A DNA stretch of 64,000 nucleotides from Eledone cirrhosa (taxonomy: Eukaryota). Below the pieces are notes generated by a model that had not been told where the DNA came from, ran no database searches, and saw nothing but the letters and a program-made list of their open reading frames with translations. The stretch is from assembly GCA_964016885.1 (NCBI GenBank), contig OZ024766.1, positions 372,001 through 436,000 on the forward strand, written 5' to 3'. Positions 35,144 through 48,312 of this stretch are shown here, in pieces; the first letter of the stretch is position 1; each line of letters begins with the position of its first letter. The translations under genes were made by a program, and so were the position numbers.

Positions 35144-37657
35144 ATGGAGGACGTTAAACCCTTGGACATTTCTACCACACCTGTTTCTACCAATATAGAT
35201 ACAGTTACACAGACATACAGTGGTGAGAAACCTTTACCTAGTGAAACATGTACTGAACAAGGATCATTACACAGAAATATTCCTGAATATAGCTGTGGGG
35301 TTTGTAAGAAAACTTTCTCATCAGAAGATGAATTATCTGCACATAAATTGCTTCACATTAAAGACAAACGCTTTCATTGTGATATATGTGGAAAATCTTT
35401 CACTCGGAAATCCTATTTTGTTAACCACATACGTACTCACACAGGAGAGAAACCGTTTCATTGTGAGATATGTGGCAAATGTTTTGGGAGAAACGACATT
35501 TTAACTAAGCACACAAGAACACACACTGGCGAAAAACCTTATCCTTGTGATGTATGTGGAAAATCTTTTGCTCTTAGGGGTGATTTAAAAAAGCATAAAA
35601 GAACACACACTGGAGAAAAGCCATATCCATGTGAAATATGTCAAAAATCGTTTATCGACAGTAGTGCTTTAACAAAACACAAAAGAATACACACTGGTGA
35701 TAAACCTTTTCACTGTGAAATTTGTGGGAAATCTTTTAATTCAAATTTTAATCTTGTTGGCCATATACGTGTTCACACTGGAGAAAAACCTTTCCATTGT
35801 GAAATATGTGGGGAATCTTTCACTGGAAAATTTAATCTTAAACTACACAACCAATCACACACTGGAGAAAACCCATTTGAGTGCAAGATTTGTGGGAAAT
35901 TTTTTGTTGGAAATAATAAATTAACTATACACAAAAGAACACACACTGGAGAAAAACCATTCCACTGTGAAGTATGTGGGAAATCTTTTATCTGTAACGG
36001 TAGTTTATCTAGGCATATACGAACTCACACTGGAGAAAAACCATTCCATTGTGAAATTTGTGGGAAATCTTTTCTTTACAAAGCTCATCTTGTTGAACAC
36101 ATGCGAACTCACACTGGAGAAAAACCCTTCCACTGTGAAGTATGTGGGAAATCTTTTATCAGTAACAGTAGTATATCTAAACATATACGAACTCACACAG
36201 GGCCAAAACCTTTCCATTGTGAAATTTGTAGGAAATCGTTTCCTTACAAATCTCAACTTGTTGAACACATGCGTTCTCATACTGGAGAAAAACCCTTCCA
36301 TTGTGAGATATGTGGGAAGTCATTCTCTTCTAACTCAAGCTTACTCACTCACAAACGAAGTCACACTAGAGGAAAACCCTTTTCTTGCGAAATTTGTGGA
36401 AAATGTTTTACCAGAGGCTATAAATTGACCCTACATAAAAGAACACACATAGGAGAAAGACCCTATCATTGTCAAATATGTGGGAAATCTTTTGTCACTA
36501 GCAGCGTTTTATCAACTCACAAAAGGATACACACTGGAGATAAACCTTTTCACTGTGAAATTTGTGGGAAATCTTTTAATTCAAATTTTAATCTTGTTAT
36601 CCATATACGTGTTCACACTGGAGAAAAACCTTTCCATTGTGAAATATGTGGGGAATCTTTCACTGGAAAATTTAATCTTAAATTACACAACCAATCACAC
36701 ACTGGAGAAAACCCATTTGAGTGCGAGATTTGTGGGAAATCTTTTGTTGGAAATAATAAATTAACTATACACAAAAGAACACACACTGGAGAAAAACCAT
36801 TCCACTGTGAAGTATGTGGGAAATCTTTTATCAGTAACAGTAGTTTATCTAGACATATACGAACTCACACTGGAGAAAAACCCTTCCACTGTGAAGTATG
36901 TGGGAAATCTTATATCAGTAACAGTAGTTTATCTAGACATATACGAACTCACACTGGAGAAAAACCCTTCCACTGTGAAGTATGTGGGAAATCTTTTATC
37001 AGTAACAGTAGTTTATCTAGACATATACGAACTCACACTGGAGAAAAACCCTTCCACTGTGAAGTATGTGGGAAATCTTTTATCAGTAGCAGTAGTTTAT
37101 CTAAACATTTACGAACTCACACAGGGCAAAAACGCTTCCATTGTGAAATTTGTGGGAAATCGTTTCCTTACAAAGCTTATCTTGTTGAACACATGCGTTC
37201 TCACACTGGAGAAAAACCCTTCCATTGTGAGATATGTGGGAAGTCATTCTCTTCTAACTCAAACTTACTCACTCACAAACAAAGTCACACCGGAGAAAAA
37301 CCCTTCCATTGTGAGATATGTGGGAAGTCATTCTCTTCGAACTCAAACTTACTCACTCATAAACGAAGTCACACTGGAGAAAAACCCTTTTCTTGCGAAA
37401 TTTGTGGAAAATGTTTTACCAGAGGCTATAAATTGACCCTACATAAAAGAACACACACAGGAGAAAGACCCTACCAATGTGAAATATGTGGGAAATCTTT
37501 TGTCACTAGCAGCAATTTATCAACTCACAAAAGGATACACACTGGAGAAAAACCCTATCATTGTGAAATATGTGGGAAATCTTTTGTCTGTGGCAGTAAT
37601 TTCAATAAACACAAACACACACATACTGGAGGGAAACCTGTTGACTGTGAAACCTGA
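35144..37657 (+). CDS. G7: C2H2 zinc-finger protein, 28 fingers, 837 aa, with internal duplications
   Basis: Intact ORF; block NSNFNL...VTSS repeated twice; ISNSSL x3; SSNSNL x2. Confidence 0.96.
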   Translation: MEDVKPLDISTTPVSTNIDTVTQTYSGEKPLPSETCTEQGSLHRNIPEYSCGVCKKTFSSEDELSAHKLLHIKDKRFHCDICGKSFTRKSYFVNHIRTHTGEKPFHCEICGKCFGRNDILTKHTRTHTGEKPYPCDVCGKSFALRGDLKKHKRTHTGEKPYPCEICQKSFIDSSALTKHKRIHTGDKPFHCEICGKSFNSNFNLVGHIRVHTGEKPFHCEICGESFTGKFNLKLHNQSHTGENPFECKICGKFFVGNNKLTIHKRTHTGEKPFHCEVCGKSFICNGSLSRHIRTHTGEKPFHCEICGKSFLYKAHLVEHMRTHTGEKPFHCEVCGKSFISNSSISKHIRTHTGPKPFHCEICRKSFPYKSQLVEHMRSHTGEKPFHCEICGKSFSSNSSLLTHKRSHTRGKPFSCEICGKCFTRGYKLTLHKRTHIGERPYHCQICGKSFVTSSVLSTHKRIHTGDKPFHCEICGKSFNSNFNLVIHIRVHTGEKPFHCEICGESFTGKFNLKLHNQSHTGENPFECEICGKSFVGNNKLTIHKRTHTGEKPFHCEVCGKSFISNSSLSRHIRTHTGEKPFHCEVCGKSYISNSSLSRHIRTHTGEKPFHCEVCGKSFISNSSLSRHIRTHTGEKPFHCEVCGKSFISSSSLSKHLRTHTGQKRFHCEICGKSFPYKAYLVEHMRSHTGEKPFHCEICGKSFSSNSNLLTHKQSHTGEKPFHCEICGKSFSSNSNLLTHKRSHTGEKPFSCEICGKCFTRGYKLTLHKRTHTGERPYQCEICGKSFVTSSNLSTHKRIHTGEKPYHCEICGKSFVCGSNFNKHKHTHTGGKPVDCET

Positions 37658-38349
37658 TTAACTTATTGTCCATAAACAGCAAAATTGAACCCTTAGCAGT
37701 TCTACAGACTCCAAAGATTGCTTGCCATTTTTTTAGATTATATTTTTTATTTGAGATTAAAATCTTTACTTCTTATCCTTGTCTTCTTTAATACATTTTT
37801 AATCTAAGAAACTTGAGAGTGTTTTTGGCAATTTCAACATTTCCTGTTCATCATCATTAAATGTCTTTTCTCTGCTGGTAAGTTTGGAACATCTGACAGA
37901 CCAAGTCAGGACTGAAGTGGTGCTACCTATCACTCAGGTGAGCTGGGGGCCTACATTATTACTGATATTCCCTCACTCTACTGAGTGTTCAGGTTAGCTA
38001 GGGAGCAACATGTCACTACAAGCTCTATTGAGGGTGTATTTTATTGTAACACCAGCATTAAAAATGGCTCCATGTCTTTACCACAGCTGTAGGCTCACCC
38101 CCTAATGCTCTTCTCTGAAGAGAGGAGAACCCCAGACACGATCCTGATAGCAAGTGTGGAGGAAGACTCCTTATTAAAATATTGGCAGATTTGTCTGCCA
38201 GAACATTTAATTTGCTGATCTGAAGTTGGATTACAGCTTAACCCCAAAGTCGTCCCATGTCTTAACTTTGGAAACCTTTACTGTCACTGCTGTTAATAAT
38301 AAAGTTATAGTTCAGGAATTTGTAAAGTCTGTGACTTGGTTATATTTCC

Positions 38350-38555
38350 AACTAAATATCTGTTATTAGCACCATATGTAATGATATCTTGTAAGTAGTT
38401 TTAATACATCTAACACCCATCTAAATCTCTGTTATTAACACCATATGTAATGATATCTTGTAGGTAGTTTTAATACATCTAACACACATCTAAATCTGTT
38501 ATTAACACCATATGTAATGATATCATCTTGTAAGTAGTTTTAATAAATGTAACAC
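38350..38555. repeat. 72-bp minisatellite, ~3 copies
   Basis: Same unit. Confidence 0.88.
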
Positions 38556-38945
38556 AAACACTTTGTTGGTATTTAAAATGTTAAAAATGTTATCGAAACT
38601 CGTTATTTAGACTGAAATATTAGAATATTTAACAATCTCCAGGTTATAGGACGATCAACTTTGATGGCATAGCTTACTAAATAACGAGAAAATTTAGAAT
38701 TAAAATTTAGTCACAGAGAAAGAGAAAGAAAATCAATTCAGTATCGAACAAAATAATATATTGATTAGTCAGGGGAGACAACAATGTCTTGGCTTAATTT
38801 AATTCCCAGTTATGTATTCATTGGTGTTCCAGTCGTGCCTATCACGTTGGTATATATATATATATATAAATATATATCCAGGAAGCTCCAACCGTTAAGA
38901 TTGTCTTTTTTCCGAGTATGTCAATATCTATTTATAAAATAAATC

Positions 38946-39015
38946 TTTATTTTATCTGATGAAAGCGCACCATAATTTGTTTTGGTTGCCCTTGAAATAT
39001 CTATAATAAAATAAA
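38946..39015 (+). ncRNA. Type I hammerhead ribozyme motif inside a ~170-bp Penelope-like insertion (38878-39050)
   Basis: UUUAUUUUAU-CUGAUGA-stem II (AAGCGCACC/GGUUGCCCUU)-GAA-AUA(UC)UAU-A-AUAAAAUAAA; stem I is a perfect 10 bp. Confidence 0.65.
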
Positions 39016-39909
39016 TATAGTTTTATAAATATAGTTTCCATTTATTAATATATTGTATATATATATACACACACACACACATATATTCACTGCCGAATAC
39101 GTTCTTCCGCTATTTTAAGATAATAGAACGTGATTTAGCTGCTATATCTACCAAACCAAGAGACTCCCTCGATAATACGTAATAATTATTTTACTGGGTG
39201 ATGTTCGTTGTATTACCAGGGGTTGGATACAATTGATGGAGTTAATTGAGATAACTGAAGGTCTTTCTGAATAAATTAAATTATGTCAGGGACTTTTAAC
39301 GTATGACACCGGTGTTATTCAGGAGAGCGAAACATTACCAACGATACCACGTACCTGCTATCTTAATTATAACATTAATTTATCTAATTATATTTTATGG
39401 GGTAATTATCTCATGTTAAAGTGAAAGTTAATTTTCTGTAGATAACATAGAGTGAGCTACATGTTCCAGGGTAGGTGTACCATCTCCTACATGATTAAAT
39501 ATTTCATTTCATGAGAAACTACGCCACATCGTGAATTGGTTGTCCCACATTTAACAGGACAGTGAGAAATAGGTTTAAATCACCAACATCTGAACAATTA
39601 GCTTTCTTGACTTTACATTTGGACTTGAAATATAAAGTACGTATTATTTGTATTGTTAACACAGCAGATATTGTGTACTTTTCTACACTCCGTGGTGAAC
39701 AATTCTGATTTACAACAATACATATATACCACTTGGAGAGGACTCACTTAGCTACAAGAATTCTAGATATATATATAGAAAGTATATCTATGTTGTATAT
39801 TTTCCACACATGTAAACATAGTCCTATGATATCTCAGACAAGAATCTGAACTGTAATATATTATAATCACAGATATTTCTCAACTGTTAAGAATTCTTCA
39901 AGAATTACG

Positions 39910-41574
39910 ATGGAGGACGTTAAACCCTTGGACATTTCTACCACACCTGTTTCTACCAATATAGATACAGTTACACAGACATACAGTGGTGAGAAACCTT
40001 TACCTAGTGAAACATGTACTGAACAAGGATCATTACACAGAAATATTCCTGAATATAGCTGTGAGATTTGTAAGAAAACTTTCTCATCAAAAGATGAATT
40101 ATCTACACACAAATTGCTTCACATTAAAGACAAACGCTTCCATTGTGATATATGTGGAAAATCTTTCACTCAGAAATCCCATTTTGTTAACCACATACGT
40201 ACTCACACAGGAGAGAAACCGTTTCATTGTGAGATATGTGGGAAATATTTTGGGAGAAACGGCATTTTAACTAAACACACAAGAACACACACTGGCGAAA
40301 AACCTTATCCTTGTGATGTATGTGGAAAATCTTTTGCTCTTAAGGGTGATTTAAAAAAGCATAAAAGAACACACACTGGAGAAAAGCCATATCCATGTGA
40401 AATATGTCAAAAATCGTTTATCGACAGTAGTGCTTTAACAAAACACAAAAGAATACACACTGGAGATAAACCTTTTCACTGTGAAATTTGTGGGAAATCT
40501 TTTAATTCAAATTTTAATCTTGTTAGCCATATACGTGTTCACACTGGAGAAAAACCTTTCCACTGTGAAATATGTGGGAAATCTTTCTCTCAGAATAGTT
40601 GTCTTCTTGTTCACAGACGTAGACATACTGGAGAAAAACCCTTCCACTGTGAGATATGTGGGGAATCTTTCACTGAAAAATTTCAGCTTACAGTACACAA
40701 CCAATCACACACTGGAGAAAACCCATTCCAGTGCGAGATTTGTGGGAAATCTTTTGTCAGAAATAATAAATTAACTATACACAAAAGAACACACACAGGA
40801 GAGAAACCTTTCAGTTGTAAAATTTGTGAAAAATCTTTTATCAGTAACAGTAGTTTATCTAAACATATACGAACTCACACTGGAGAAAAACCTTTCCACT
40901 GTGAAGTATGTGGGAAATCGTTTATCTGTAACAGTAGTTTATCTAGACATATACGAACTCACACTGGAGAAAAACCCTTCCATTGTGAAATTTGTGGGAA
41001 ATCCTTTCCTCACAAAGCTTATCTTGTTGAACACATGCATTCTCACACTGGAGAAAATCCCTTCCATTGTGAGATATGTGGGAAGTCATTCTCTTCTAAC
41101 TCAAGGCTGGTCACTCACAAACAAAATCACAGTGGAGAAAAACCGTACCAATGTGAAATATGTGGGAAATCTTTTATTCGTAAATCTCTCCTTGTCATTC
41201 ACATACGTACTCACACAGGAGAGAAACCGTTTCATTGTGAGATATGTGGGAAATGTTTTGCGAGAAACGGCGATTTAACTAAACATACAAGAACACACAC
41301 TGGCGAAAAACCTTATCCTTGTGATGTATGTGGAAAATCTTTTATCAGTAACAGTAGTTTATCTAATCATATACGAACTCACACTGGAACAAAACCCTTC
41401 CATTGTGAAATTTGTGAGAAATTCTTTCCTTACAAAGCTCATCTTGTTGAACACATGCGTTCTCACACTGGAGAAAAACCCTTTTCTTGCGAAATTTGTA
41501 GGAAATGTTTTACCACAGGCTATAAACTGACCCTACATAAAAGAACACACAGGAGAAAAACCCGATCATTGTGA
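39910..41574 (+). CDS. G8: C2H2 zinc-finger protein, 18 fingers, 554 aa; last finger lost to a frameshift
   Basis: 2-bp loss in ACACACAC at ~41550; remnant of the terminal finger continues to ~41663. Confidence 0.9.
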   Translation: MEDVKPLDISTTPVSTNIDTVTQTYSGEKPLPSETCTEQGSLHRNIPEYSCEICKKTFSSKDELSTHKLLHIKDKRFHCDICGKSFTQKSHFVNHIRTHTGEKPFHCEICGKYFGRNGILTKHTRTHTGEKPYPCDVCGKSFALKGDLKKHKRTHTGEKPYPCEICQKSFIDSSALTKHKRIHTGDKPFHCEICGKSFNSNFNLVSHIRVHTGEKPFHCEICGKSFSQNSCLLVHRRRHTGEKPFHCEICGESFTEKFQLTVHNQSHTGENPFQCEICGKSFVRNNKLTIHKRTHTGEKPFSCKICEKSFISNSSLSKHIRTHTGEKPFHCEVCGKSFICNSSLSRHIRTHTGEKPFHCEICGKSFPHKAYLVEHMHSHTGENPFHCEICGKSFSSNSRLVTHKQNHSGEKPYQCEICGKSFIRKSLLVIHIRTHTGEKPFHCEICGKCFARNGDLTKHTRTHTGEKPYPCDVCGKSFISNSSLSNHIRTHTGTKPFHCEICEKFFPYKAHLVEHMRSHTGEKPFSCEICRKCFTTGYKLTLHKRTHRRKTRSL

Positions 41575-41819
41575 AATATGTGGGAAATCTTTTGTCTAGC
41601 AATAACTTCAATAAACACAAACACACACATACTGGAGGGAAACCTGTTGACTGTGAAACCTGATTAACTTATTGTCCATAAACAGCAAAATTGAACCCTG
41701 AGCAGTTCTACAGACTCCAAATATTGCTTGCCATTTTTTTAGATTATATTTTTTATTTGAGATTAAAATCTTTACTTCTTTTCTTTGTCTTGTTAAATTC
41801 GGGATCGTTTTCTTTCAGT

Positions 41820-42500
41820 CATTACCCAAGTTTCATGACCATAGGTAAGGGATGACAGCTACCTCCCTTCTGGCTACTGAATGCTGTAGCTGGTGCATCA
41901 ACTCCTGCAGTTCTTGCAATTAATTCAGCATCTGCCATCCATCACTCAATCCCAAGATACTGAACTTCACTACCCTCTGCCTGCTTCAGTGGTAATGTGC
42001 ACTGTGCAGTCTTCCTTGAGAGGATGAGCGCCTCGGTTTTCGCATCACTGGATTTTATTGCAGCCATGCAGCACTCGGCATCAAACCTATCGGATGCAAG
42101 TTGCAGGTAACCGTCTGTCGATTTCAGTAACCCCAGGTCGTCTGCAGATTCCAGACGACTGATTTTACACCCACCTGTCATGATAGTACTTTCAACCTGG
42201 CTGAGCATATCAAATCCTGTTCATGTAAATAACTGTTTCTACTTTAGGCACAAGGCCAGCAATTACCCAGTGCATTACTGGTACTTTATTTTATCGACCC
42301 CCGTAAGGATGAAAGGCAAAGTTAACCTCGGTGGGATTTGAACTCAGATCGTAAAGGGACGTAACTATGCTGGAAAGCATGGCGTCCGACCCTCCACTGA
42401 TACTGCCAATCCACCGCCCTGTTCATGTAAATAATGAACAGGAGATGTGGAAGGATTCTGACTCTCACATTGAATGGTTTCGATTTAGCAACATTTATCT
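41820..42500 (-). mobile_element. RTE-like LINE RT fragment interrupted by a SINE (42232-42415)
   Basis: LLFIIYMNR, SADDLGLL, LQLASDRFDAEC, KTEALILSRK, QYLG; ATTTACATGAACAGG repeated on both sides of the SINE. Confidence 0.8.
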
Positions 42501-42664
42501 GCCTTTCCAGAGATCCGGGCCACTCTGCACACTGATTCAGCCACAAAATACCTTCTCTATTTAACCCTTTAATGTTCAAACTGACCAGAATTCTCTACCT
42601 CTTTCTGTTGAAACTGGTCACTCAAACTGACGGTAAGTTATTGTTCTCAAAATCTCATAGATTC

Positions 42665-42865
42665 GATATTATGTGAGGTAAAGCCTTTACTGTGAAAATA
42701 CAATAGTATATATAGAGTAATGTAAATGTTATGTGAGATATTATGTGAGGTAAAGCCTTTACTGTGAAAATACAATAGTATATATAGAGTAATGTAAATG
42801 TTATGCGAGATATTATGTGAGGTAAAGCCTTTACTGTGAAAATATAATAGTATATATAGAGTAAT
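42665..42865. repeat. Unrelated 72-bp tandem repeat, ~2.8 copies
   Basis: GATATTATGTGAGGTAAAGCCTTTACTGTG... at 42665, 42737 and 42809. Confidence 0.9.
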
Positions 42866-43314
42866 ATGATTGCTAAAGGGCTTTTAACTTCTCAGGCCAG
42901 ATTTTGTCTTCGCCAGCGGTGTTGACATATTTAAGCTCTCTCACTGCTCTTGTGCTCTCAGCATGTCAGAGATTAGTCACTGCTCCCAGTCACTTCATGT
43001 ACACCAGAAAATCTTGTGATTGGGTTTAGGAGATCAGCAAAGTATTTTCATCACCTTGCGAGGATGCACCTCTCTGAAGAGAGGAGAACCCCAGACTCAA
43101 TCCTGATAGCAAGTGTGGAGGAAGACTCCTTATCCTTATTAAAATGTTTGCAGATTTCTCTGCCAGAACATTTAATTTGCTGATCTGAAGTTGGATTCCA
43201 GCTTAACCCAAAATTCGTCCCATGTCTTAACTTTGGAAACCTTTACTGTCACTGCTGTTAATAATAAAGTTATAGTTCAGGAATTTGTAAAGTCTGTGAC
43301 TTGGTTATATTTCC

Positions 43315-43735
43315 AACTAAATATCTGTTATTAACACCATATGTAATGATATCTTGTAGGTAGTTTTAATACATCTAACACACATCTAAATCTCTGTTAT
43401 TAACACCATATGTAATGATATCATCTTGTAAGTAGTTTTAATACATCTAACACCCATCTAAATCTCTGTTATTAACACCATATGTAATGATATCATCTTG
43501 TAGGTAGTTTTAATACATCTAACACCCATCTAAATCTGTTATTAACACCATATGTAATGATATCATCTTGTAAGTAGTTTTAATACATCTAACACCCATC
43601 TAAATCTGTTAATAACACCATATGTAATGATATCATCTTGTAAGTAGTTTTAATACATCTAACACCCCTCTAAACCACTGTTATTAACACCATATGTAAT
43701 GATATCATCTTGTAAGTAGTTTTAATAAATGTAAC
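43315..43735. repeat. 72-bp minisatellite, ~6 copies
   Basis: Same unit. Confidence 0.93.
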
Positions 43736-44160
43736 GCAAACACTTTGTTGGTATTTAAAATGTTATCGAAACTTGTTATTTAGACTGAAATATTAGAATA
43801 TTTAACAATCTCCAGGTTATAAGACGATCAACTTTGATGGTATAGCTTACTAAATAACGAGAAAATTTAGAATTAAAATTTAGTCACAGAGAAAAAGAAA
43901 ATGAATTCAGTATCGAACAAAATAATATATTGATTAGTCAGGAGAGACAACAATGTCTTGGCTTAATTTAATTCCCAGATATGTATTCATTGATGTTCCA
44001 GCCGTGCCTATCACGTTGGTGTATATATATATATATAATATATTATATATATCATTATATATATATATATATATATACACACACATATATTCACTGCCGA
44101 ATACGTTCTTCCGCTATTTTAAGACAATAGAATGTGATTTAGCTGCTATATCTACCAAAC
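43736..44160 (+). repeat. Orphan truncated upstream block with no downstream gene
   Basis: Matches the first ~400 bp of the block, then breaks after CTATATCTACCAAAC into SINE sequence. Confidence 0.85.
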
Positions 44161-44164
44161 TGGG

Positions 44165-44970
44165 GTCCCTATCATTCCACTGCAATGTGGTCGTGGAGGT
44201 GCCACGGCAAAAAAAGGACCCAGCACTCACTGTAAATGAGGTTGGTGTAAGGAAGGGCATCCAGCTGTAGAAATCAAGCCAGAATCAGTTCCTGTCCCAC
44301 CCTTGCAAGCAGGGAAAAGCGGACGTAAGATGATGATGATGATGAACCACTTTGATGAAAGTTATATTAAAATAAATTACTAACAAAGTTATACGACAAT
44401 ACATGAAGAAAAAATAACTGTTTCTACTTTTGGCACAAGGCCAGCAATTACCCAGTGTATTACTGGTACTTTATGTTATCGACCCCGTAAGGATGAAAGG
44501 CAAAGTTAACCTCGGCGGGATTTGAACTCAGAATGGCAAGGGCCGTAACTCTATGCGCCAAAGCATGGCGTCCGACCCTCTACCAATACTGCCAATAACC
44601 ACAGTTGAATTGTGTATATGATATCTACATTTGTTTGGCTGTAAAGGCATCATTACCCTTTAGTATTTAAACCACCCATATCCAGCCAGAATTCTCTCAC
44701 CTCTTTCTGTTCAAACCAGCCGTAACTAGCCACTCACAACAAAAAGCAGCCAGTCCACACTGTAAAGTGGTCATGTTGTCACAACAAAAGGCACCCAGTA
44801 CTCAGAGTTAATGAGGTTGGTGTTAGGAAGGGCATCCAGCTGTAGAAATCAAGCCAAAATCAGTTCCTGTATAAGTAACACATGGCCACCTGACCTGGCA
44901 CTGCCTACAACAGGACAACCCATCTAACCCATGCTAGTGTGGAAGAATGGACTTAAAATGGTGGTGATGA
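44165..44970. mobile_element. Cluster of SINE fragments (two plus-strand (GAT)n-tailed copies, one minus-strand tRNA-type SINE at 44417-44595)
   Basis: AGGAAGGGCATCCAGCTGTAGAAATCAAGCC occurs twice; SINE core on the minus strand. Confidence 0.75.
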
Positions 44971-45313
44971 AGATATATATATAAAAGTTACGAAAATTAA
45001 CAAAGAACAAAACAACAAACAATTTTTAAAGGGAAAACCTTAAAAAATTATTAGACACAGAATTCCATGGTCATCAACCTTTGAGATAGACAGGCAGTTA
45101 CGACCCCTACAGCTGGTCCATCTGGGGTCAGAGCGCTGTCCAAAGGTATAAGAGACAAATAACATTAATATATAGCCGCTAAGCTAATAAAGAGGACAAG
45201 GATGAGAAGTAAAGATTTTAATCCCAAATAAATATATAATCTAAAAAATTGGCAAGCAATATTTGAAAAGTCTGTAGAATTGCTTAGGGTTCAATTTTTG
45301 GGTTTATGGACAA

Positions 45314-45736
<423 letters not shown>

Positions 45737-45958
45737 CTACTAACAAGGTGATATCATTACATATGGTGTTAATAACAGACATCTAGATAAGAAAATATAA
45801 AAAAGTTCGAGCCACAGCCTTTACAAATTCCTGATCTATAACTTTATTATTAATAGCAGTGAGAGTAAAGGTTTCCAAAGTTAAGACATGGGACGATTTC
45901 CCACATATTTCACAGTGGAAGGGTCTGTCTTTAGTACGTATATATCGATCACCAGCTT

Positions 45959-47296
45959 TCATATCTCACAATTGAAGGGTGTTTCCCCAGGGTGTTTTCT
46001 TGTGTGTTTAATTAAATCGTAGTTTTTCATAAAACATTTCCCACATACCTCACATTGAAATGGTTTCTCTCCAGTGTGAGAACGTATGTGAAGAACAAGT
46101 TGAGATTTCCAAGTGAAAGATTTCTTACATATTTCACAATGAAACGGTTTTTCTCCACTGTGACTTCGTTTGTGAGTGAGCATGCTTGACTGAGAAAAGA
46201 ATGACTTCCCACATATCTCACAATGGAAGGGTTTTTCTCCAGTGTGAGTTTGTATATGTCTAGATAGACTTGTGTTACAGCTGAAACATTTCCCACAAAT
46301 TTTACAACTGAAAGGTTTCTCTCCGGTGTGTGTTCTTCTGTGTACAGTTAATTTATGGTTTCCAAGAAAAGATTTCCCACAAATATCGCACTGGAATGGG
46401 TTTTCTCCAGTGTGTAATTGGTTGTGTATTGTAAGCCGAACTTTGTCAATGAAAGATTCCTCACATGTCTCACAATGGAAGGGTTTTTCTCCAGTATGTC
46501 TACGTTTGTGAACAAGAAGACTATAATTCTGAGAGAAAGATTTCCCACATATTTCACAATAGAAAGGTTTTTCTCCAGTGTGAACACGTATATGGTTAAC
46601 AAGATTAAAATTTGAATTGAAAGATTTCCCACATCTTTCACAATGAAAAGGTTTATCTCCAGTATGTATTCTTTTATGTTTTGTTAAAGCACTACTGTCG
46701 ATAAACGATTTTTGACATATTTCACATGGATATGGCTTTTCTCCAGTGTGTGTTCTTTTATGTTTCTTTAAATCAGCTTTCACAGCAAAATATTTCCCAC
46801 ATACATCACAAGGATAAGGTTTTTCCCCAGTGTGTGTTCTTGTATGTTTAGTTAAATCGCAGCTTTTTACAAAACATTTCCCACATATCTCACAGCGAAA
46901 CGGTTTATCTCCAGTATGAATACGTATGTGATTGACAAGATGAGATTTAGTAGTGAATGATTTCTCACAAATATCACACTGAAACGGTTTCTCTCCAGTG
47001 TGACTACGTATGTGGATGACAAGATGTTGATTATTAGCAAAAGATTTCCCACATGTTTTACAGTGGAGGGGTTTGTTTTTAGTATGTTTGCGTTTATGAG
47101 TGGATAATTCCTTTTCTGATGAGAAAGTCTTCTTACAAATCCCACAACTATATTCAGGAATATTTCCGTGTAATGATCCTTGTTCAGTACATGTTTCACT
47201 AGGTAAAGGTTTCTCACCACTGTATGTTTGAGTAACTGTATCTATATTGGTAGAAACAGGTGTGTAAAAAATGTCCAAGGGTTTAACGTCCTCCAT
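45959..47296 (-). CDS. G9: C2H2 zinc-finger protein, 14 fingers, 445 aa (G4/G5 type)
   Basis: Intact ORF ending CEI*. Confidence 0.93.
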   Translation of the reverse strand: MEDVKPLDIFYTPVSTNIDTVTQTYSGEKPLPSETCTEQGSLHGNIPEYSCGICKKTFSSEKELSTHKRKHTKNKPLHCKTCGKSFANNQHLVIHIRSHTGEKPFQCDICEKSFTTKSHLVNHIRIHTGDKPFRCEICGKCFVKSCDLTKHTRTHTGEKPYPCDVCGKYFAVKADLKKHKRTHTGEKPYPCEICQKSFIDSSALTKHKRIHTGDKPFHCERCGKSFNSNFNLVNHIRVHTGEKPFYCEICGKSFSQNYSLLVHKRRHTGEKPFHCETCEESFIDKVRLTIHNQLHTGENPFQCDICGKSFLGNHKLTVHRRTHTGEKPFSCKICGKCFSCNTSLSRHIQTHTGEKPFHCEICGKSFFSQSSMLTHKRSHSGEKPFHCEICKKSFTWKSQLVLHIRSHTGEKPFQCEVCGKCFMKNYDLIKHTRKHPGETPFNCEI

Positions 47297-48312
47297 TGTA
47301 ATTCTTAACAGTTGAGAAATATCTGTGATTATAATATATTACAGTTCAGTTTCTTGTCTTAGATATCATGGGACTATGTTTACATGTGTGGGAAGTATAC
47401 AACGTAGATATACTTTCTACATATCCCTAGAATTCTCGTAGCAAAGTGAGTCCTCTCCAGGTGGTATATATGTAGTGTCAGGATTGTTTACCATTGAGTG
47501 TAGAAAAGTACACAATATCTGCTGTGTTAACAATACAAATAATACGTACTTTATATTTCAAGTCCAAATGTAAAGTCAAGAAAGACCAAGAAAGCTAATT
47601 GTTCAGATGTTGGTGATTTAAACCTATTTCTCACTGTCCTGTAAGATGTGGAACAACCAATTCACGATGTAGCGTAGTTTCTCATGAAATGAAATATTTA
47701 ATCATGTAGGAGATGGAACACCTACCCTGGAACATGTAGCTCACTCTGTTATCTACAGAATATTAACTTTCACCCTAATGTAAGATAATTGCTACCTAAA
47801 ATATAATTAGATAAATTAAAGTTATAATTAAGATAGCAGGTGCGTGATGGCGTTCGTAATGTTTCGCTCTGCCGAATAACACCGGTGTCAGACGTTAAAA
47901 GTCCCTGACATAGTTTAATATATTCAGACCTTCAGTTATATCAATTAACTTCATCAATTGTATCCAACCCCTGGTAAAACAACGAACATCACCCAGTAAA
48001 ATAATTATTACGTATCATCGAGGGAGTCTCTTGCTTTGTTGCTTGGTTTGGTAGATATAGCAGCTAAATCACATTCTATCGTCTTAAAATAGCGGAAGAA
48101 CGTATTCGGCAGTGAATATATGTATGTGTGTATGTATATATATCTCCATATATATATATATATATATGTATGTATATATATATATAATATATATATACCA
48201 ACGTGATAGTCATGGCTGGAACATCAATGAAAACATATCTGGGAATTAAATTAAGCCAAGACACTGTTATCTCCCCTGACTGTAATCAATATATTATTTT
48301 GTTGTTCGATAC

